From: Piromyces finnis finn
Taxonomy: Eukaryota > Fungi > Neocallimastigomycota
Assembly: GCA_002104945.1 (NCBI GenBank)
Contig: MCFH01000009.1
Location: forward strand, 1,116,001 to 1,180,000
Direction of reading: 5' to 3'
DNA length: 64,000 nt
Part shown: positions 54,556 through 64,000 of the stretch, piece by piece
How the letters are laid out: each line of letters starts with the position of its first letter
Position numbering within the stretch: position 1 is the first letter of the stretch
Notes under the pieces: generated by a model
Database searches by the model: none
Seen by the model: only the letters and a program-made list of their open reading frames with translations
Told to the model about the DNA's origin: nothing
Program-made: the position numbers and the translations under genes

Positions 54556-57336
54556 ATGACTACTAAGCAGAATGACCAATTACTACATGAATCCATTGCT
54601 TATAGTACAGATTTAGAAGAAGATATAATAAGTCTTGATAAAGAAAATATTAAAAATATCGAAAAATATTATAATAAAGTGTATTTTAATAATAATATTT
54701 TTAAAAGGCTAACTGAAATATCATTGGATTTTCCTCTAAAATGGTATTGTCCTAATGAAAAATGTTATTATAACAAAAATAAATTTGAAATTCCTTTAAA
54801 GGAATTTTTGATTAATAATATGATATTATTTCTATGGTAATAAATATAAAAATTATTAGAAATTAAAAAATGATAGAAAGAATATTTTTTCATTATGAAG
54901 TAAGCTTGTTAATTAGTTATTTAAACAATTATTTATAAATAATTTTTATAATTTAAATGATATAAATAAAGCCCGAAATGTGAACTTAAATTATATCCTT
55001 GTCAAAATTGCTTACATTTTATGAAGTTAAATAATAATGATTCTGTTGGATATCATTGTTTAAAATGTGGGTGGTTAAATATAATTGGTATGTAATTTGA
55101 ATTATTCATAATAATTAATAATATGCATCATTAAATTTTATATGAAAAATAATAAGTAATCAGTTTCTAATTTTAAATTTATTATAACATTAAACATTTA
55201 TTGAATTTATAAAGACCAAGATTTAATAAAAATTTTAAAGATAAAGTCAAATTCATTATTTAATATAGAACAGGCAGTATGTATTTTAATAAATAATTAT
55301 ATTTTATTTATTAAAGGCTTAAAATGTATGAAAATCTTTATTAAATGGATTAAATACTCAACAATTTTACATATATAAAGGTTACTGTTCAATGTATTAT
55401 TTCTGGGGGAAAATACTATAAATTGGTGATAGAGAACTTTTACAATTCTTTTATTAAAAATCTAAAGCATAATAATAGTTGTCATAATGAAAATAATAAT
55501 AATTTATTTGAGGAATATGATTTGAATCAAAAAAAATTAAAAATAGGTAATAACAGTGTATTATCAAAAGAGATAGAAAAATCTAATGGCATTAATTACA
55601 ATTCTAATTTAAAAAATTCAGAAGTAAGTCAAGTAGTTGATAATAATACTGTAACTTCTGAAAACAAAGAAAAAATAGATAAACCAAATAAATGTTCAAA
55701 TAATGATAAATGCTATATAATAAAAAACAAAAAAGGAAAGGAAAGGAGAAAATATGATAAAGAAAATTTAAAAGAAATTTATAGCAAGAATAATAAAAAT
55801 AAGAATATTCAAAATATAGTAAAAAAAAAAAAAGATATTGATATTGATAATGAATATCAGAATTGTTATGATTTAATTAAAAATAGTAAAGAGAAAATGA
55901 TAAATAATAAAAAAGAAAAAGAATATTTAGAAGTAATAACTAATAAAAATGAAAACTATGATCCAAATCAAAATGGTAATTAATTAATTAATATTATAAT
56001 ATTATAATATTATTTATTTTATTTAAAACAATAATAATAATAATAATACTTTTTATATAAATTGTTCTTATATTTAAAAAAAAAAAAGAAAACAAGAACA
56101 AAAGGAAAAGGAAAAGGAAAAGAAGAACAAATAATAAAATAATATTATCGAAATTTAGATCCGAATTTATTAATGATAATAATAGTGAAAATAAATTTAA
56201 AAAATCATTGATTCTATATACCATAAAAATTTTGCAAACCCCTGAAATAATATTTACCACAGTGGAAGAATTACAAAAATATAGACTTTTAAATATTTAT
56301 GATAATTTATCCTTAATTCAGAATAAATTATATATATATAATGATTTAAATATTGACATTGATGCAAGAATGGTAAGTATTAAAAGTACATAAATATATT
56401 TTAAATAATTTTTTTATTCACTATTTATTTTATTATATAAAAATATTATTATAAGACTATTAATAAAGCAATGAATATCATTAATAATCAAAAAGATGAG
56501 TTAAATTATATTAAAAGTAATCTTAAAGCTAGAAGCATACTTGAGAATTTTCCTACTTTAAATAAAATAGAATACCTAACATATGGAATTAATGAATCAC
56601 ATTCTGCTTTAATAAAATGTTTATTAAGTTCTTTGGAATATATTAATGTAATCATTAATCAATTAATAAATAATATTTACAATTATAATAATGAATCAAT
56701 TGACTGTTCAATAAATTGGATGGACACAAAACGATTAATATCTACAGAGTAAGTTTAATTAAAAATAGTTAATAAATAAATCAAATAATAACTTTCTAAT
56801 AATACAAAATATTATAAATAATTAAAGGGAAATTAAAGATATATTACAAAAATATTATACTAGTAATGATGAAGTTATTGAATATTCAAAAAATTACACA
56901 TCATCAATATCATCATATATTGATAATTCTAAAAATAGTTCATTATCATACATTGATTATTCAAAGACTATATCATCCACTGGAAGCATATTTGATATTT
57001 TTAGTGGTAACTATTTGATAATATTTAATAATGTTTATTTAAATAAAATAATAAAAAAACAACCCTTTTTTAATATTCAAATAATATATAAACTATATAG
57101 AAAGCTTTTGTTTTAACGATGATAAAAGAGGAAAAGATAAATTAAATGATAACTTATTAAATAATTCAAAATATAATTCATCAGAAAAATCATCTATTTA
57201 TTCGTCTAATTCATCTGATATGTTTTTTTCTAGTCAAAATCCAATAACAGATTATAATAAAAATATTATTAATATTAAGTTATTTCATCAACTACAGCAA
57301 CTTTATAGTATAATTTGCCAATATATATTTTTTTAA
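54556..57336 (+). CDS. Unrecognised multi-exon protein with N-terminal four-Cys-pair cluster and basic NLS-like run; 3' end uncertain
   Basis: Frame-consistent splicing gives YCPNEKC-x23-CPKC-x6-CQNC-x15-CLKC, an N/K-rich linker (ORF 55423-55983), KRKRKRKRR, then a helical region (ORFs 56208, 56471). An alternative last exon is possible near 57790. Confidence 0.65.
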
Positions 57337-57410
57337 ATATTTAAAATTCTATCTTAAATATTAATTATCTGTATATATTTATTGACATTTTTATTATCAT
57401 TAATACTACT

Positions 57411-57412
57411 AT

Positions 57413-57479
<67 letters not shown>

Positions 57480-57482
57480 TTT
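57411..57482. repeat. (TATT)n microsatellite
   Basis: About 17 units with one slip. Confidence 0.9.
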
Positions 57483-58398
57483 TTGATACAATAAAATAAA
57501 AAAACACTATGATCAAAAAAATATTTATAAAATATCAATAAAAATTCATTATTATGAAACATAAAACTATAATAAATAATTTTTTTATCGAAAAATAAAA
57601 TATTTAAATTAATTTAAATTAAGAATTAATAATTATTTTTAATTTAATATATATATTGCTGTAGTTATATTTGCATTAAATAGTTTATTAATAATATTTT
57701 AATCCATAACACTTGTTATAAACATTTAGGTCGCAATATATATATGATTTCTGTTATGATACTTTTTTTTTTTTTAAAATTTTCAGAATATGGAACTTTC
57801 TCATCATGTCAATAACTTTATGGATGTTTCAAGGACAATTCTCAACGATTTTAGCTTTTCTAATTAATATTAATATATTAACACATAATAATTATATTTA
57901 TTTAATGCAACCATGGATTAATATAATATAATTTGAACATTTAATATTAAAGGTTAATACATTTAAAACTTAATTGAATATAATTTTAACCCTTTATCAA
58001 AATTAATTTTAGTAAACTTTAAACCATTTTTCTGTAAAACTTTTATAAAAAAATTGTATTATATTAATAGCTCAAAATATAAAAATAATTTTAAAAGATG
58101 ATATTATTTCATTTTATTTTCTTTTTATTTAATTAATTAAAGTTATGTGGAATGAAAATCATATCATTTACTATATATCAGAAATAAATTTACCTTTATT
58201 TATTTATAAAATTATTTGGGATTTGGGTTTTATAATCTTATACATAAATATTATTTTGGAATGTATTTTATTTTCATACTATTTTTTAATACTTAAAAGT
58301 TAATTTATATTAGAATAAAAGAACTTAAACTATAATAATAATTAATATATAAAGAAGAAGTTATGGTCATTTAAAGTTTTTAATTTTTCATATAAATT

Positions 58399-58434
<36 letters not shown>

Positions 58435-59797
58435 TATTTTATTTATATTTTTTTTTTCATTATATGTTTTTAATTAAAATATTTTGATAGTTATTTAAGT
58501 AACTGCTTTTTTTTTTTTTTAAATAAGGCTCATTTATAGAAAATCCATAATATTATAAAATAGCATACAATTATCAGTCATTTAGATATAAAAGTTTCAA
58601 TATCAAATATTTAGTATAAAATGGCTTAAAATGCATTTTCAACAAACAATAGTAGAGTCAAGATTTTACAAACTTTTATTATTATAATTATTCAAATATA
58701 TTAGAGAAATTTACTCTAAATTTAATAAAACAAAGTAAAATAAAAATATATAAATAGATTATATAGAGTTTACTAATTAGTCTTTAAAAATAATTTCTCT
58801 ATTTATAATTGATATTTTAATTTTAATTTGAAATTAATAAATAATAACAATAATAAAGTAATAATTTTTTAATATAATAATGTAAAAATTTAATATAATA
58901 ATTTAACAATTATATTATTTAATAATGTAGTGAAGTAATAAATTGGGTTTTCCAAAAATTTAACAACATTATTCATTTTTGTAAAGTTCAATTTAAAGAT
59001 AAAATAACTTTAAATACAAAATTCATTGTATATTAAATAATAATAAACTAAAAATAACAATAAAATATATTTATTAGATTAACAATAATAAAATTATTAT
59101 TATGAATAAGGATAACCTAATGTATAAGCTATTATTATTATATATATATATTTGCATTGCTATAATCTATTAATTCAAAGAGTTTAAAATATAAAATAAA
59201 TATCTTATTGAAATAATTATTAATTATTATAAAACAAAAGTTGTTAACTTCTGGTGAATATTTTAATTTAATTTTTTTTTTTTTTTTTTTTTTTTTGGAA
59301 AAGAAGTGTTTTTGGTTTTAATGATTCATAATTGATACATTAAAATCATTTTCTAAATTTTCAATTAATTATTCTCAACAACAACAACAAAAAAAAACAA
59401 CTTTAAATCTTAATATCTCATGAACCAGACGAGATACTGAACTCATTTTAATATATGTTACTTATTATGAGAGTAGTTATCTAATGATCGTGATTTCATC
59501 AAGAAATGATGATTAAAAAACGAGATATGAAAGCTTATTTTTAGTGAGTTATGAAAAGATAAAAAATATTTGTTATTTTAAATCTTTTTATATTTTTAAC
59601 ATTATAACTTTTATTTATTTTTTTAAATAAAAGTTTTAAAAATTCAATAATTATTAATATTAATATAATAATAAAATGATTTAACCATTTAAAATAATAA
59701 AGAAATTGTATATAATAATTAAATTATACAAATAATTTTTTAAATAAAAAAAAAAATTAAATATATTAATAAAAAATATATTTATCTATAATATAGA

Positions 59798-59855
<58 letters not shown>
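59798..59855. repeat. (AAAT)n microsatellite
   Basis: About 14 units in the intergenic region downstream of SPC105. Confidence 0.9.
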
Positions 59856-59857
<2 letters not shown>

Positions 59858-60213
59858 ATATGGTTATCCAATTAATAATTTAAATAAATATTTTACTTAA
59901 ATTACTAAACTAACAAAAACTTTAGATGCAAATAACTAATATTTTATTAATATGTTCTTTTAATGTTTAATAAAAAAAAAAAGTAATTTTAAAGTATAAT
60001 TATATATATGAAATTTATTAGAATATTTATTATTTTATTTTTAATATTAAACTTTTTTTTTTTTTTTTTTTTTTTTTTGGAAAAAATAAGTTAATATATA
60101 TAGGGGTAAAATAAATAATGTGAATTATTTATAAATATATATATATATAAATACAAAATAAATTATTAGGTAATAATGAATTATTTTTTTTTTTTTTTTT
60201 GTAACTATTATAT

Positions 60214-63200
60214 TTAAACTTGAATGGTTCTCAAATTTCTACAAATTTCTTCTAATCTTCTTTTTCCTTTTGGAGTGTCATTTATAATTTGTTTAACTAA
60301 TTCGTATCTAAAGAATATATTTTTATAAGACCATTAAAACATTTAATATTACATTTTTTTAAGTTTAATAAAATAAAATATTTTTAACCTACTTAACACT
60401 TCCATATTTATAAATAAATCTCCAATTTAACTTTCCATATGGATAAGCACAATTACTATTGATATAAATATCAATAAAATATCTATACTTTTGTTTTCCA
60501 TCAAAAAATACTATTCTTACAATAGTTGTGTTGCTTTGCATTGACAATAACATTTCTTTAGATTCGATATCTTTTGAATCCGCAATGTAAATTTCAACTA
60601 TATTTGTTTTTTGAACTAATTCAATGTCTTGGAATAATTTTGTTAACTTATTCCAGTAATATGCTACCTCATCTAAAGTCTATTAACAATTTATTTAGGA
60701 AAATTTAGTTTTTCATTTTTATTATTAATATTTATATTACAATCATTAAATAGTCACCTTTCTTATATTTTTATCATTTTTACAAACAGAAATTTTATTT
60801 TGAATTCCTTTTATAACTGGTTTAAACTGGTAATAAATAGAAGGAAAATTTTAAAAAGTCATTATCATATGTTTATTATTTTAAGATAGTTACTATTTAT
60901 ATATTTTTCTATATATACCTTTTCAATATCTATTCTATATTTTGATTTTTTCATGTTTATGAAATCAATATCAACATCATATATAAGATTTGATTGATTT
61001 CTACGGTTAAATGAAACTAGTATAATATCATCATATATATACGAAATTAAATCTGGAGAAAGATTATTAATATTCCAGTTTGAAACATTTACAACTAGAT
61101 TATGTTCCTCTATTAAATATAAAAAATATATTAATTTTTTTTTCTTTATTATAGGAAAAATAATTTATATATATATTATTATACTTTTGCATTTTTGAAG
61201 AGTTTCTTTAGTATATATAGATGATTCTAATTGCTTTATTCTTTCTTCATATTGTTCAATTACCTAGAAATATAAAAGAAAAAGCATTTTTTAAAAATCT
61301 ATTTTTTACAATAGTAAATCTTTTATCAGGCTAAATTAATTCTTACATTTTTTAATTGATCAATTGTATTTTTTAATTCATCAACTTTTTTTATTGAAAC
61401 TTCTTTTTCTTTTTCATAGGACATTATTTCTGTTTTCAGTTTTAAAATAATTTGCCTAATCATTATTGGTATGAAAAATACAAAATTATATTTTATTTTA
61501 GAGTTATTTTATGATACTAGTATTAAATTTTCAAAAATCTCATATATATGATAAATATACTTTTGTTCATGAATTTTTTTTTCTAGTAATGCCATTCTTT
61601 CTTCAAAAGATTCTGAAAATACTTCTTGACTATTAATAATTAAAATTAATTTATAATTTACATTTTTATTATTATATTTTATAATTAAATAATTAATAAA
61701 TTTTTTTTAATTTGAATAATTAATATTATAATATCCACCTTTTATTAAGATTAATTGTTTCCATTAACTGATTATAATATATTTTCATTGAAGGAACATA
61801 TTTTGTTATTTCACTAGAGAATTCATTAATCTTTTCCATATCCTAATATAGATATATAATAATAATAATCTAATTAGAAAATAGTTATATATTTCACTAT
61901 TATTATTATAATTATTCTTTTTTTTCTTAAAAAAAACTTTTATTAATATAATTACCATTTTGAATAAATCAATGGATTTTTTATATTTTTTTATTATTCC
62001 ATTACTCATTGAAGTTCTCCATCTATACCAAGCTTGTTTTGCCTTTAATCTACTATATTCTTGTGTAGTCTTGAACTTTTTCTACATTTTTTTTTTAATT
62101 GAAATAATTATTTATTACTGTTATTATATAATAAAATGATAAATATATATTTATCCTATACATACTTGTAAATTCTTTCTTTTGTCATCAATTGCCTTAT
62201 TATACTCTTGAAAAGCTACTGGTAAATTATTAGAATATTCTTTTTCATAGTTATCTAAGGCATTCTTACACTCTTCTATAGATTTTTGAATATCATTGCA
62301 TTCCTGTAAAATAAAATTATTTTTATAAATTTTACAAATTAATTATTAAATAAAAATATATTTTAAAGTATAATAAAATTTTACATATTGTAATCCTTCC
62401 AATTCTTGAACGTAGACAGATAAAGATTTTAATTTTTCAATTTCAGAAAATTGATCTTTTAATTTATTATATATATTAAAGAAAAAAAAAAAAAGATTTA
62501 GTCATTTTCTAATAAAATATAGTATTTTAAGATACTTTATAAATTATTATTAAAAATACCATTATTAATTTCCAAATTTCCAAACTTTCTTTCTGGTTTT
62601 TTATTAAAGTCATCTTTGAATTGAATTCCAATAAGTTGTAAATATCTTGATAAAGTTACTGTCTTTTCTTCAGGTAATATCTAAATAAAAATTAAATTAA
62701 TATACATTACATTACATAATAAAACTTTATACAAATATACCCATACATCTTCTGATAACGATATATCTCCTCCCATTATTGACAATTCTTCATTTAGTAA
62801 ATCTTCTTCTTTGATATAAATATTTAATTAAAATTATGATTAATTAGCTAAACCATTAAAATCTCGTTATACTAAATTTACTTACCATTTCCTAATTCTT
62901 TATTATTAAGTTTAAATATAATATATATTTAAAATTTAATTAAAATTTATTAATAAAAAAATATAATTGAATTTATTATAAACTTACCTTCATTACCCAA
63001 TAAAATTGTTGGTGATTCTACTTCTTGGGTATTTGTAATATTTGCTACGGATGAAATATTGAGAGGCTTATTTAAAGATATACTATTATATGAATTAATA
63101 CTGTCATTTAGTAAATCTTGTTGTCTTTTTCTTTCTCTTAATGATCTTGGTGTTTGAATAATTTCGTTGAATATAGAATAAGATCTAGATTGTCTTTTAT

Positions 63201-64000
63201 TTGAAGGAGTTGCTCTTGTTGGTAAAATTGAATAACGTTCTATATTTATTTATTTATTTATTTTATTTATTAAAATATATATTTTTTTATTAATATTCAT
63301 TATTTCAGTTTTTAAATATTTTTTAAAAAAAGATATTTATAGCTTACTATGTGGAGACACTGTTGGTAAAACATCAATAGTACTTGAAAGTCTTATTGAA
63401 TTGTTTCTTTCTATATCACGTTCATCTAAAGTATGATTTTGAAATAAATCGTCATTCTCTTTCTTACTTAAATTTTTAGGAAGAATATTTGATATTCTAG
63501 TACTATTTGTTCTAAATTCATTAATTGTATTAATATTATTTTCTTTTTGATCATTATTTATTTGATTGTTTCTATTCATTTTATTTAATAAAGAATTCTT
63601 AATCGGGGTAAGGATATTAATATATTCATTAATTACAGAATTCTGGCTTTCATTTCTTATAAGCATTAAGTCTTGACTTTTAACTAATGAATTATCATTT
63701 TCAGATTGTAAATTTTTTGGTTTCGGTCTTGCAAATTGATCTTTATCTTTTTCATTATTATTATTAGAATTCTCAATATCATTGTCAGAAAATTCATCTA
63801 TATTTTTTTTATTTGAAATCTTATTAATTGTAGAGTTTGAATTCTTATATTGATTATTACTTTCTTTATTAATAGTAACTTTATTTGTAGATAAAATCGA
63901 GCCAACACCGACAGTAATATCCATAGTTTGCTCCTCGTTGTCATCCTCATTTATATTATTTTTAATTTTACTAATGTTATCGCCTTCGTCATTATATGGA
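60214..64000 (-). CDS. SPC105: Kinetochore scaffold Spc105/KNL1 (Spc7), 5' part beyond the right edge
   Basis: MELT-like MDITVGVGSIL at 63924, Spc7-domain motif EYSRLKAKQAWYRWR (about 62030), coiled coil, and an RWD-like end CAYPYGKLNWRFIYKYGSVRYELVKQIINDTPKGKRRLEEICRNL. Stop at 60214-60216. Confidence 0.82.

Overview
Very AT-rich, intron-dense eukaryotic genomic DNA using the standard code and GT-AG introns. The extreme AT bias, (TAA)n/(TTTA)n microsatellites, secreted CotH genes and flagellum/centriole genes point to an anaerobic gut fungus (Neocallimastigomycota); this is an inference. I assembled 16 protein-coding genes by hand from exons, and most ORFs in the supplied track are single exons or antisense noise. 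In order they are: SKI2 (truncated by left edge), LEKR1-like, ILK-like ankyrin-pseudokinase, a divergent DDB1/RSE1/CPSF160-family propeller protein, two tandem secreted CotH kinases, ZFC3H1/Red1-like, ATG5, an M20 amidohydrolase (PM20D2-like), CEP20/FOR20, ILV2, EFM7/NNT1, HROB/MCM8IP-like, GPI14/PIG-M, an unrecognised Cys-rich protein, and SPC105/KNL1 (truncated by right edge). I found no rRNA, tRNA, CRISPR array or intact transposon, and no operon-like novel system that I can support. The most interesting signals are four. (1) A dockerin-less CotH pair with an apparent double frameshift across the ATP-binding loop of copy 1 and a likely gene-conversion tract. (2) Several animal-type genes that model yeasts lack. 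(3) An ILV2 that keeps an organellar presequence. (4) 3' splice sites preceded by long poly(A) runs. All family assignments come from recalled sequence similarity, not database searches, and exon boundaries are manual.
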